DNA of 64,000 nt, taken from assembly GCF_018977255.1 (NCBI RefSeq), contig NW_024704742.1, positions 116,190,001 to 116,254,000 of the forward strand. Direction: 5' to 3'. The translations under genes and the position numbers were made by a program. The DNA comes from Callorhinchus milii. Lineage: Eukaryota. How positions within the stretch are numbered: position 1 is the stretch's first letter; each line of letters begins with the position of its first letter. Below the pieces are notes generated by a model, which was not told the DNA's origin, searched no databases, and saw only the letters and a list, made by a program, of their open reading frames with translations. This document shows positions 11,900 through 24,681 of this stretch, one piece after another.

Positions 11900-14800
11900 G
11901 TAGAAATATTACAATGCCTTGTTGTTATTTTCTTGGTTGGGTGGGGGAGGGGTGGATTGCATCTTAAAATTACCTAATATTGCAATTTGAAAAGGAAAGT
12001 CTTCATTGTTATGTGATGCACAACATGTAGTTTCTTTCTCAGCAGTGCTGCGGACAGTGTCACTCCATATGTTAGTTAGTGAACTCTGTTTAAACCCAAA
12101 ATATTTGATTTTAAAGTGTTTGCAGCAAAAATTAAATAATTGTGGTGGATATTTATGACTCACCTCTACTCTGTTTGTTGATCTCACTGTTTTACATGCC
12201 TTCCTGTTTACAGTGGATAGCAAAAATAGTAGTTTTCTTAGATAATTAATTACTGTGATTCAAGTAGGTCCACTGAAATGCATCAGGAATGATTTGATTT
12301 GAGAGGAAAATGTATCGCCTGTAACACTGGATGTATAATTGTGCCTTTTAAGCTGGAAGGTACGACTTTGGCTGAGTATGGGGTGGAACGGGTTAACATT
12401 TGCTGCACACTCGCTGGCAGCCAGAATTCTTAGTCTGTGCTAGTGATGTAAGAAGGTAAAGAGAACAAAAAGATTGCTGTATGTGACATTGCAGTAATGT
12501 GCATTGCCCACTAACTCTCAGACTGGTAACTGTTAGCGACTTCGTTAGCTCAAGAAAACCAGAAATAACAATTAAAACTTAATGGGGAGTTATGCAAAAC
12601 AGTTTTTCTACTGTTTATAACTGCTGTAAATACAATGAAATTCAATCAGTCATTATTAATATTCTTGCAAAATTCTACTAAAGTAGCTATTGTCTCATTA
12701 TTACAAGTTCATAAGTGTATGTTCTATTTGTCTTGAAAGCAACAGGCTATTCTAAAGTTCTATTCTATTCTACAGGCATTCATTACACCTGAGAAAAATG
12801 TTGCGAGTAAAATAGTGTGTGCATTTCAAGGTTATGATTTTGAAGTGGTTTTTGAGGTCTCGTAAAATGCATAAGGGTGGAAATGATGGTATTGACTAGC
12901 TGTCAGTTACCTGTTATCCTGTTATCAGGCAGCTTGTCCTCTGCAGTGAGATAAAATACATAAGTTCTCATCGGTAAAGAACCAAAATTGTGTTCTCCAG
13001 TTAGGACTTTAGACAAGGTATCATGAGGGCCTAGGAGCCAGTGTTAGAATGTAGGCTGTGCACTGGTGTCATATTGTAAGTTTCTAACTCTGTAACTTTG
13101 CCGTTCTGCCCCGAATATTGTGCGCCATAAATTCAGAATGTGGGAGTGACGCAAACTTTGTTCAGTTGCCAAAAATAGCATATGTTGTTGGGATGTGAAT
13201 TGCAGTTAATTATGTTTAATACACACTAGCAAACAAATGGAGATGTTATTAACCATGTAAATGATACCCCACTTGCTTTAAGCATATAGAAGCAAATACT
13301 GTTATAAATCAGTTTTTGGAGTCCATAAAATCCCAACCTACAATAGCGCTTTCATTAGTCAGCGCTTCTGCATTCACTGCAAATGCATGGAAAAGACAAC
13401 CAGCTTCCCATGGTAAAAAGTGGTCGATTTTCAAGTTGTTGCCAATATAGCATCAAAGGGGAAGTGACTGCCTGAAAGCCGACCATTTCTTTAGCAGGAG
13501 AGGAGCATCTGGGTCTGCAATGAAGCTGGCTGCAAGTCCACAGGGCACCTGCCTTCTAAGTGTGCCAAAGGCTTTTTGCAGGCTAACCAAGTGCCACACT
13601 TTGCTGTTGCGTTGTGGCAGTGATGGTGTTGAATGCCTCATTTAGTAGCGCTCGCACCTTTACTTCGGAAGATTCTGTGTTCAAACCCCATGTTGGGACT
13701 TGTAGTCTAAAGCTGACACTCAAGTGAAGTAGTGGGAGAACAGCGCCTTGTCAGAGATATTGTCCTTTGGATGAGAAATTAAATCGAGGTCCCATCTGTC
13801 TGTTTGTAATTGTGTTAAAGGTCTTCTGATGGGAATTCAAACTGAGAAGTCTGGTGTTCAGAGAAATGGTCCTACAGATCAATTGGCCATTTGGGAGATC
13901 TAAATGTGCCTTTTAGCACATAGACTTCTGAGAGCACAGCACTGTGTTTCGGGTTCATACCATCAGAATGAAGGTAGCAGGCCATCAAACCACAGCTTAA
14001 TAAATTATCAAGATTTTACATCTCACCTTTTGAAGAGCTCCTTCAAAAGGTGAGATTGTGACTGAATCACAACCAGTCTTGATGATGCATTACAGTAGCA
14101 GAAAATGGGGCATATGTTTTTAGGTTTATGGGATCTTCTCCCAAGTTGGTCTCCTCTACACCTATCATTACATCTCTTCCAAAGACTTCCATCCTCATTA
14201 GTTTCTTTGATGGATGTTTCACATTATCCTCTGAGTGTTCATAGGAACAAGTGGTGGCCATTCAGCCAGTAGATAGCTGTAATAGCTCCTGACTATTTTT
14301 TAAAATCTTATTTCCCCATTTGTTCTTTATTTTCTTTAATACCCTTGCTTATTGACTGTTTATCTGTCCGTCTCCCTATTAAGCAACCCAGTCAATTCTG
14401 GATCTATGGTTTTGTGACATGCATTCCACATTCTTACTGCCCTCTATTTGAAAACGTATTTGAAGAAGTACAGTGCTTCAATTTACTTGGAAGCAAAATA
14501 GCAATGATATGATGCTGCAACGAGTGGTCAACTTACATTTTATAAAATAAATAATTTTATTTTATAATTAAAAAATGAAATAAAATGAAAACCATTAATT
14601 TTATTTTATAAAATGTAAAATAATTATAAAATAAGATGTAAATACAATTTGTTGTTTTCTGACCTGCTACTATCGCCATTACGTACTTATTCATCTTATG
14701 AATAAATGATTTGTACTCTCTTTGGACACTGTAATAAGATCAGTCTCCTGTCACTCCTTTGATTCGATTGGGCCTTACACAAAAGTGAACAAAATTGTAT

Positions 14801-15457
14801 AGAACTATGAGAACAAATTCCCATTTCCATACACTGCAATATGGCATCTAAAGCTGTAAAAGCTGCAGTCACCTTTAAATGCTGATTGAAGTCGTATCAA
14901 CGTTTCAGATCATTATCACGTGCTCTTTTTCCTTGGCTGCTTGTTCTGAATGTGGGCATATTCACTTGCACCACAGATTGCTCAAATGCTGCTATGCATT
15001 ACATCCATATGTGCTTGTATCTGCAAACAGTTTTAACAAATTAGATCCCATTGTAACTATAGTATATCATTCCCCTGGCCAAGGCTTCCCGTCCAGATTG
15101 GCACAAGGAATCAACTGAACCTAAGTACTTATACCAGCACGTGACTGGAGGAAATAACTTCTCACTGTTTACATTCATTTCCCTAAAGTGCTTCAGCTGC
15201 AAATTCTGGGGGAAAAATGCATCTTTAGTATAAAGGAAGCTTTGTGACTGAGTTCTAACCCAGGCTGCTCCTTGGAGGAGGGATCAGTGAGATCTAAATC
15301 TACAGGTATCGCTGTGGTTTAGTTTGTTCAGAGAGTAACAGTATATAGGAAGAGCTTTGTCCACCATGTACCACCACCAGCAAGTCCACAGCTGTCTGAC
15401 AAAATGGAAATCCAAGATGGAATTTTTGTTTGAAAAGGGATTTTATAAGTTACATTT

Positions 15458-15533
15458 GTGGAGTCCTGTAGCTCAGTGGTTAGAGCACTCGCTTTGCAAG
15501 TGAGAGACCTGAGTTCAATTCCAGGCAGGGCGA
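15458..15533 (+). mobile_element. SINE head (76 bp) fused directly to L2 sequence
   Basis: Identical to 17379-17454; junction reads ggcagggcga|ggggacgtgg. Confidence 0.92.
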
Positions 15534-17202
15534 GGGGACGTGGAGCAGACCGGAGCCGGAGGAACGGAGGGTACGGGCAGGTAGGTAGGGGGATAGTAGG
15601 TCGGAGAGGTAGGAGGGAGCAAGGCCGTGAATGGCCTTGTAGGTGAGGATGAAGGATCTTGAAATCAATCCTCTGGGGGATGGGGAGCCAGTGGAGGCGA
15701 GCGAGGGTGGGAGTGATGTGGTCCCGAAGCCTGGTGCGGGACAGTACACGAGCTGCAGAGTTCTGAATGACCTGCAGCTTGTGGAGGGAGGTGGCGGGAA
15801 GGCCGGCGAGGAGAGAGTTCCCATAGTCCAGCCTTGAGGTGACAAAGGCGTGAACCAGGGTTTCAGCAGCGTGAGGGGTGAGGTAGTGCCGTAGTCTGGC
15901 GATGTTCCGGAGGTGATGGAAGGCGGTGCCAGTTGTGGTGCGGATGTGAGGGAGAAAGGACAGCTCAGGGTCGAACAAAACGCCGAGGTTCCTGACTGGC
16001 TTTGAGAGGTGGAGAGTGCAGCCTTGGATGCTGATGGTGTCAGCCGCTGAGGTGCGGAGGCGCTGATGCGAGCCAATCAGGAGGGCCTCGGTTTTTCGCA
16101 CGTTGAGCTGAAGAAAGTTGTCTCTCGTCCAGGACTCGATGTCGGACAGGCAGCTGTCAGGACATCGGTGGTCGTGGAGTTGAGAGTAGAGGAGGAAAGG
16201 TAGAGTTGGGTGTCATCCGCATACATGTGGAAGTTAACTCCATGTCTGCGGATGATGTCACCAAGGGGGAGCATATAGAGGGTGAAGAGGAGGGGACCGA
16301 GGACAGAGCCCTGAGGGACACCACATGAGACAGTGCGGGGGGTGGAGGAGAAGCCATTTGTCGAGACAAAGTGAAGACGGTGAGAAAGGTACGACCTAAA
16401 CCACTCAAGGACAGTGCCTTGAAGGTTGAGGTGGGAGGACAAGCGGTGGAGTAGGATAGCGTGGTCGACCGTATCGAATGCTGCCGATAGGTCGAGGAGG
16501 ACGAGGAGGCAGAGGGAGCCCTGGTCACAGATGGTCAGGATATCATTGGTGACCTTGACCAGGGCAGTTTCTGTGCTATGGGCAGCACGGAAACCTGACT
16601 GAAGGGGTTCGAAAAGTGAATGGGTGGAAAGGAAAGAGCGCAGTTGGGAGGCGACAACTCTTTCCAGGACCTTGGAGAGAAAGGGGAGGTTGGAGATGGG
16701 CCGGTAGCTTGATAGCTGCGACGCATCAAAGGAGGGTTTTTTCAGGGTGGGCGTGATGGTGGCAGTTTTTAAGGGAATGGGGACAGAGTCAGAGGAGAGG
16801 GACAGGTTGACAATGTCGGTGATATGTGGGGCAAGGAAGTGGAGCTGGGAGATAAGGAGTGGAGTGGGGATGGGGTCAAGGGAGCAGGTGGTTGGTTTCA
16901 GGGATAGGATGAGTTTGGTGACAGAGGGTGGGGAAACGGGTACAAAAGTGAGTAGGGGAGGATGGGTAGCAGTCGGAGTGAGGGGGTGGGGAGTTGGTGG
17001 ATGTTGGAGGGGAAGTGACCGCGGAGCGAATTCCCTTGATCTTGGATTCAAGGAAATCCAGCATCTCCTCGCAGTGAAGGTTGGAGGAGATGACCTGCGC
17101 GGGGTGGCGGGGGGACGGAGGAGTCGGGTTGTGGTGGAAAACAGTAGCCTGGGGTTGTTCTTCGCCTACAGGATTATCCTGGAGTAGAAGGACGACTTGG
17201 AC
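15534..17202 (-). mobile_element. L2 LINE ORF2 (reverse transcriptase) fragment, frameshifted, no 3' tail
   Basis: ORFs 16077..17051 and 15328..16101 contain [41 protein letters not shown] and LHWLP. Near-identical to 19956-21623. Confidence 0.95.
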
Positions 17203-17378
17203 AGCACAACAGCTGACCCGAGCAAACAGTCTAACAAGCAATCTAATGAGGAGCTAACCAATTGGAATTTGGTATAAATAATACTTCACTTTTTGAGATT
17301 GAGCTTTGAGTTGTCTCTTAATATGGGAACTCGTGAAATGAGACCAGGCATTTGTCTGTTAAGCCTGCTTCCTTCATA

Positions 17379-17704
17379 GTGGAGTCCTGTAGCTCAGTGG
17401 TTAGAGCACTCGCTTTGCAAGTGAGAGACCTGAGTTCAATTCCAGGCAGGGCGAAACCTTGGGCAAGTTTCCTTACTCCACACGCCTAATAATAATCCCT
17501 TCAAAAAACCAAAAACAATAATTAAATTGGTCATTTTCAATCTACGACTGTTTGTGGGACATTGCTGTGCGCAATTGGCTGCCGCGTTCGCCCACAAATA
17601 TACAGTCAATTCACTTTACAGTGTGTTCTGTGAAGCGCTTTGGGACGTCCTCCTGACGTGAAAAGCGCTATATCAAATGCAAGGATTATTATTATTATTA
17701 TTAT
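17379..17704 (+). mobile_element. Full-length tRNA-derived SINE
   Basis: A/B boxes and (TTA)n tail. Confidence 0.93.
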
Positions 17705-17787
17705 TTACTAAAATATGTGTTTACAAAACTAACTTGTGGTAATTGTTCATTGTGCTTCACTGAGGTACCAATGATACAAGGTACAAG

Positions 17788-18419
17788 ATTGTAATTTTGC
17801 AGTGAATGAGCCCATTGAGTATTTTAGATCAATACTCTGAATGTTATTTCCCTGAATATTTGGTGATAACAATTTATATCAACTGTGTTGAATGCAAAAG
17901 ACTGATTTGATGCCTTGCATTATCGGTCCTCTTTTCACAAGTGTTGAACCATCTTGTTGCCACTAGATGGCTGTAGCAGACTGCATATATAGAGGGTTCT
18001 ATATGGAGCCTGTTGACAATATGTAACAGCAACCTGCATTACCACAAAACCATTGCAGAACTGAAAATCAATTGCATCTTGCCAGGCCTTACAGATGTAC
18101 TTGTAGGATCTGAGGAAGAACTTGCTTCAACTGCACGCTTTAAGACTTCCGATAGTATTATGTCTAATCGGACACAACAATAGTATGATTGTTATACTAA
18201 TTAAATGATATTGAGTAGCACTTAAGCTCTCCAATAACGTTTGTAGAATTTATGACTATTAAATATCAGAAGTTTATTAGAAATTCTAAACACTTTATTG
18301 TAATATGTATACCGTGTGGTTACAAGATACAGAATTGTAATTTTACAGTGAATGACCCCATTGAGTATTTTAGATCAATATTCTGAATGTTATTTCCCTG
18401 AATATTTGGTGATAACAAT
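17788..18419. repeat. Dispersed direct repeat, 86 bp x 2 (17788-17873 and 18334-18419)
   Basis: attgtaatttt(g/a)cagtgaatga(g/c)cccattgagtattttagatcaata(c/t)tctgaatgttatttccctgaatatttggtgataacaat. Confidence 0.92.
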
Positions 18420-19596
18420 GTATGTAAACTTTATTTACAATCTAATTTACTCAATCTATGACTGCTTGTGCGACACTGCTGTTCACAATTGCCTGCTGAG
18501 TTTCTCCCACAAAACATACAGTCACTACACTTTACAGTGTATCCTGTGAAGCGCTTTAAGACGTCTCGAAGATGTGATAAGACACTATATCAAATGCAAG
18601 GATTATTATTGTTTTTTAAACTTTGAATCTGACTGGTGAGGGTTATATGTGTGTATATTATGTTATTTGTTTCACAACTTTCTAGAGCGACCAGCTTTTA
18701 ATAATTACAGAAAACCAGCCTCTAAGTTGAGACTGAAGTTAAGCATTTTCTCAAATTATGGACAACGTAATTGTTAATACAATAATCTTAACTCTGAGCC
18801 CGTGAGAAATTTCAAGCTCTCGGTGCCAGTGGTTGAATATAGCATGTTTACCCTGCAATGATGAACCAGCTGCAGTAACTGTGACTTTGATGGATGGTAT
18901 AGGATCCCCAGTCTTGTGCAGAATTTGACAATTAGGCTAAATACACCTGGATTAGGAAGCCTACCAAAGCTCGTGGTTTAGACTTGCACTTAAAGAATGA
19001 CTGCTTGGATGAGGTACTGGAAGGGGCTAGGATCTGGGGAACTGTACCTTAACCTGATTCATTATCTCCTGAAAATTGGGGAGAGAAACAAAACGTGTAC
19101 ATGAGCAATTCTTGGAATTTTATTCTTGAGCAGCACACTTCTTGAATTGCCAATATATAATAGATGTTTAGTACATCTTGACTGTAATAGGATTCTTCGG
19201 ATGAGTAATCGGTTTCTTCTATAGCAGCTGGTTTGGTTGATGAGATTTTAATTAACTGCATACATTTTATTAAAATACAAAGTCTTTGAAGCGTTGCTCT
19301 GTGCTGCTTGCTTAAAACTGATGAGTTACCAGTTGTGATTTCTCCACTCCACTGAATCCCTGAAATCTGCACCTGTTCTATGTATGTGTCTGTCAAGGGG
19401 TGGGAGTGAAATGTAGTTCTCAGAATATATACAAGATAGTAACCCAAAATTAAACCAGTTGACATTTATTCAACAGTTACAGAAAGAATACAGCGACAAC
19501 TTGAACTTGTATAGTGCCTTATATATCAAAATAACTATCTCAAGACGCTCTACATAATAATTGCTAATAAATGGAGTAGACGTTGTAGGCAAGCAC

Positions 19597-21623
19597 AACA
19601 ACAACAACAACAAGATTCCATTTATAAAGCGCCTTTCACGTCAGGAGGACGTCCCAAGGCGCTGCACAGTTGGGTCATGACCCGAGCAGGGGGGCAAATG
19701 GTCAGGGTGAGGGGAGGGAAGGGAGGGGAGCGAGGAGGGGGGAAATGGTCAGGGTGAGGGGAGGGAAGGGAGGGAGCGAGGAGGGGGAAGAGAGTCGAGA
19801 GGGGAGCTGAAGGCTCGGTCAAAGAGAAAGGTTTTGAGACCGGCCTTGAAGGAGGAGAGGGAGGAAGCAAGGCGAAGGCACTGGGGGATAGAGTTCCAGA
19901 GCCTCGGGGCTGAGAGGCTGAAGGCCCGACCACCGATTGTAGGGCGGTTGGGGCGGGGGACGTGGAGCAGACCGGAGCCGGAGGAACGGAGGGTACGGGC
20001 AGGTAGGTAGGGGGATAGTAGGTTGGAGAGGTAGGAGGGAGCAAGGCCGTGAATGGCCTTGTAGGTGAGGATGAGGATCTTGAAATCAATCCTCTGGGGG
20101 ATGGGGAGCCAGTGGAGGCGAGCGAGGGTGGGAGTGATGTGGTCCCGAAGCCTGGTGCGGGACAGTACACGAGCTGCAGAGTTCTGAATGACCTGCAGCT
20201 TGTGGAGGGAGGTGGCGGGAAGGCCGGCGAGGAGAGAGTTCCCATAGTCCAGCCTTGAGGTGACAAAGGCGTGAACCAGGGTTTCAGCAGCGTGAGGGGT
20301 GAGGTAGTGCCGTAGTCTGGCGATGTTCCGGAGGTGATGGAAGGCGGTGCCAGTTGTGGTGCGGATGTGAGGGAGAAAGGACAGCTCAGGGTCGAACAAA
20401 ACGCCGAGGTTCCTGACTGGCTTTGAGAGGTGGAGAGTGCAGCCTTGGATGCTGATGGTGTCGGAGCCTGAGGTGCGGAGGCGCTGACGTGAGCCAATCA
20501 GGAGGGCCTCGGTTTTTCGCACGTTGAGCTGAAGAAAGTTGTCTCTCGTCCAGGACTCGATGTCGGACAGGCAGCTGTCAGGACATCGGTGGTCGTGGAG
20601 TTGAGAGTAGAGGAGGAAAGGTAGAGTTGGGTGTCATCCGCATACATGTGGAAGTTAACTCCATGTCTGCGGATGATGTCACCAAGGGGGAGCATATAGA
20701 GGGTGAAGAGGAGGGGACCGAGGACAGAGCCCTGAGGGACACCACATGAGACAGTGCGGGGGTGGAGGAGAAGCCATTTGTCGAGACAAAGTGAAGACGG
20801 TGAGAAAGGTACGACCTAAACCACTCAAGGACAGTGCCTTGAAGGTTGAGGTGGGAGGACAAGCGGTGGAGTAGGATAGCGTGGTCGACCGTATCGAATG
20901 CTGCCGATAGGTCGAGGAGGACGAGGAGGCAGAGGGAGCCCTGGTCACAGATGGTCAGGATATCATTGGTGACCTTGACCAGGGCAGTTTCTGTGCTATG
21001 GGCAGCACGGAAACCTGACTGAAGGGGTTCGAAAAGTGAATGGGTGGAAAGGAAAGAGCGCAGTTGGGAGGCGACAACTCTTTCCAGGACCTTGGAGAGA
21101 AAGGGGAGGTTGGAGATGGGCCGGTAGCTTGATAGCTGCGACGCATCAAGGGAGGGTTTTTTCAGGGTGGGCGTGATGGTGGCAGTTTTTAAGGGAATGG
21201 GGACAGAGCCAGAGGAGAGGGACAGGTTGACAATGTCGGTGATATGTGGGGCAAGAAAGTGGAGCTGGGAGATAAGGAGTGGAGTGGGGATGGGGTCAAG
21301 GGAGCAGGTGGTTGGTTTCAGGGATAGGATGAGTTTGGTGACAGAGGGTGGGGAAACGGGTACAAAAGTGAGTAGGGGAGGATGGGTAGCAGTCGGAGTG
21401 AGGGGGTGGGGGTTTGGTGGATGTTGGAGGGGAAGTGACCGCGGAGCGGATTCCCTTGATCTTGGATTCAAGGAAATCCAGCATCTCCTCGCAGTGAAGG
21501 TTGGAGGAGATGACCTGCGCGGGGTGGCGGGGGGGACGGAGGAGTCGGGTTGTGGTGGAAAACAGTAGCCTGGGGTTGTTCTTCGCCTACAGGATTATCC
21601 TGGAGTAGAAGGACGACTTGGAC
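19597..21623 (-). mobile_element. 5'-truncated L2 LINE with RT domain, 3' UTR and (TTG)n tail
   Basis: RT motifs in ORFs 20578..21471, 20498..20695 and 19749..20522. Flanked by AGCACAACA at 19592-19600 and 21624-21632 (target-site-duplication-like). Confidence 0.95.
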
Positions 21624-21799
21624 AGCACAACAGCTGACCCGAGCAAACAGTCTAACAAGCAATCTAATGAGGAGCTAACCAATTGGAATTTGGTATAAAT
21701 AATACTTCACTTTTTGAGATTGAGCTTTGAGTTGTCTCTTAATATGGGAACTCGTGAAATGAGACCAGGCATTTGTCTGTTAAGCCTGCTTCCTTCATA

Positions 21800-22126
21800 G
21801 TGGAGTCCTGTAGCTCAGTGGTTAGAGCACTCGCTTTGCAAGTGAGAGACCTGAGTTCAATTCCAGGCAGAGGGCGAAACCTTGGGCAAGTTTCCTTACT
21901 CCACACGCCTAATAATAATCCCTCCAAAAAACAAAAACAATAATAAATTGGTCATTTTCAATCTACGACTGTTTGTGGACATTGCTGTGCGCAATTGGCT
22001 GCCGCGTTCGCCCACAAATATACAGTCAATTCACTTTACAGTCTATTCTGTGAAGCGCTTTGGGACGTCCTCCCGACGTGAAAAGCGCTATATCAAATGC
22101 AAGGATTATTATTATTATTATTATTA
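21800..22126 (+). mobile_element. Full-length tRNA-derived SINE
   Basis: A/B boxes and (TTA)n tail. Confidence 0.93.
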
Positions 22127-22807
22127 TAGATGTAACAAAAGATTCACAAGAGTCCATCTGCCCATTTGATTAATTGGTGCAGATCTTCTTATATTACTTT
22201 TTCATTGTGGTTCTGGAAGCTCAAATTATGACAGCCAACTGACGTGTTGCCACATTCTGAGTTTTCATTTACATTTCCAGAGAGCGTTAGTGGAAACATC
22301 TAACATTATTGGGTAAATTATGTGATGATATTAAATATTGTTCAAAACCATTTGAAACTTTGCAAATTACAATTCTTAAATAATGGTATCAAAGGCTGGG
22401 AAATACACTTCAATTCAGTGCCGGGAAAACCTTTGTTTCATTGTGATTTGCTTCCAGAGACAGACACAACCTCATAAAGCAGTATTAAATTCTATTTATC
22501 CTCACTGTATTCATCTCCTGTTCACGTAACTTATCAATATCAGCAAATTTTAATTAGGCTAATGTCGAGAAGTAATTCATTGTCTCTGCTGTGCCTGCAA
22601 ACTTTAATTGAAAACTTAGCAAATGATCAATAATCACCCAAATCCTTTTCCTTTCCCAATTTTTCTAATAGATATCCCTTCATTGTGTACACATGACTCG
22701 TATTTCCTTTCACAATATGCATTATCTTGCCTATCTATATTGAATTCTGTTTATCATTCCTTACCAATTTGCTTAATTGCTGCAGAACTCTTTGAATGCT
22801 GTTTGTA

Positions 22808-23045
22808 GTAATAATAATAATAATCCTTGCATTTGATATAGTCCTTATCATGTCTCCCAGATGTCTCAAAGTGCTTCACAGAATATACTGTAAAGTGAAT
22901 TGACTATGTTTTGTGGGCGAAACATAGCAGCCAATTGTGCACAGCAGTGTTCCACAAACAGTTGTGGGTTGAGTGACAAAATTATCATTATTTTTTTTTG
23001 AAGAGACTATTACCCCCGGAAAAGTAATCTGCCAATCGACTAACA
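22808..23045 (-). mobile_element. SINE 3' part (longer variant)
   Basis: (TAA)n tccttgcatttgatata...cagccaattgtgcacagc. Confidence 0.8.
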
Positions 23046-23084
23046 ACTTTTATCTTCCTTTCTTTTGACACGGGCCCACATACT

Positions 23085-23530
23085 TGACATTATTGGGAAA
23101 TATTACCATATTACAAGTGTTCTCTGGATCGGTTATAAACAGTGTGAACAGCAGGACTCTAAGATCAGTCCTCCTTCAAGCTCCCCCCATGGAGCGTTTT
23201 CCATTTAGCATCTTTTTCTGCTTTATATTTCTAAGCTAGCTTTCAATCCAGCCGTCTAAATTGCCATTAATTCCATAAGCCTGTTCCATTAACCTTTAAA
23301 AGCCTTGTATGTGAAAATTGTCAACAGCCTTCTGGAAAATCAAAGTAAATTATTTTTCAGTTACCTCCTCGAAGAATTCCAGTCGCTTTGTGAGGCATGA
23401 ACTATTTATTTAAAATCCACACTAACTACTTATCGTCTCTGTGTTCATTAGATGAGCATTTATGGCATTTTCCCTGCAAGACATGAGGGTATCTGGTCTA
23501 CAATTTTAACCATCACATCTCATTCCTTTT
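23085..23530 (-). mobile_element. Degenerate CR1 LINE RT fragment
   Basis: Reverse complement near 23370-23400 encodes SCLTKRLEFFEEVT, similar to the CR1 RT motif SCLTNLLEFFEEVT. Confidence 0.6.
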
Positions 23531-24367
23531 GGATAAGATTTGTAAATCTCAATTCTTCATATATAGCTGCCAAATTAATTCTCTGCGTTGAGTTATTTGA
23601 TCCAAGGCAGATCAGTGCTGGGATGCTGTCATTGGCCTCAGTGTCCCCATGCAGAGAAAGATCAGCCTAAATCCTTTTTTTCTAATCACTATCCAGTGTC
23701 CCTCGTGTGGATTTCAGATGAGAACAGATCATTCTCGCCTGTGATGTTTTCAGGTCAAACAACCTGCTTTTGGTGATGCATGAACTATGCCCCTTTGGGT
23801 GAGTTATTGGAAGAGTGCTGGCACCCTCCGTACCATACCACAACAGTGAGTCATTGCTTTAAGTGAAAAAGATAAGATGGGAAAATTAAACACAAGGCAT
23901 GTTTGCTGTGATTTTTTCCCTCCCATGTGGCCATGAGCAGCACTAGCAACATGTTGAACCTGCTGATAATGATAAATATACCAACAAGAATGAACCGTTC
24001 AGTCCATTGGTGCCTCCTCTGCAAAGATGGGTTTCCGCCAGATTTCTCTTATTTACTGACCCCCTGCTGGCAGTACTGCCAGTTTTGACTAGTCACTATA
24101 CTGTAAACATATATAGGTTTGTAAATGCATACCAGATTTATCATCAGCAGAATCACTAACCTAGCTGTGTGTAGAAAGAGGATGTTACGCAGTTAATGAG
24201 GAAAGTTATGAGTCGGCTCAGCACAAGCTGAACCAACCTGGAAGCTTGCTGGTCAGTACAGCAAGTTTCATACTGGGCACTGGGATTACTAACTGAATCA
24301 TCAGCTGTGGGCAGGAATTTGTAACTGGAGGGGAATTTTAGCTGGATAGACCGCAGAGCCAATGAGT

Positions 24368-24681
24368 TATAATAATAATCCTTGCATTTGATATAGCGCT
24401 TTTCACATCTTCTAGACTTCTCAAAGTGTTTCACAGAATATACTGTAAAGTGAATTGACTGTATATTTGTGGGTGAAACGTGGCAGCCAATTGTGCACAG
24501 CAGTGTCCCACAAACAGTCGGGGGTTGAATATGACCAATTATTGTTTTCGTTTTTTTGGAGGGATTATTATTAGGCGTGTGGTGTAAGGAAACTTGCCCA
24601 TGGTTTCGCCCTCCCTGGAATTGAACCCAGGTGTCTCACTTGGAAGGCGAGTGCTCTAACCACTGAGCTACAGGACTCCAC
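24368..24681 (-). mobile_element. Full-length tRNA-derived SINE
   Basis: Reverse complement of the family consensus; ~310 bp upstream of the 24991 exon. Confidence 0.92.

Noticed and set aside
15328..21662. Intact RT gene or a novel RT-based system
   Set aside because: These are 5'-truncated, frameshifted L2 copies with no ORF1 or endonuclease domain. The overlapping Pro/Ser-rich and antisense ORFs are by-products.
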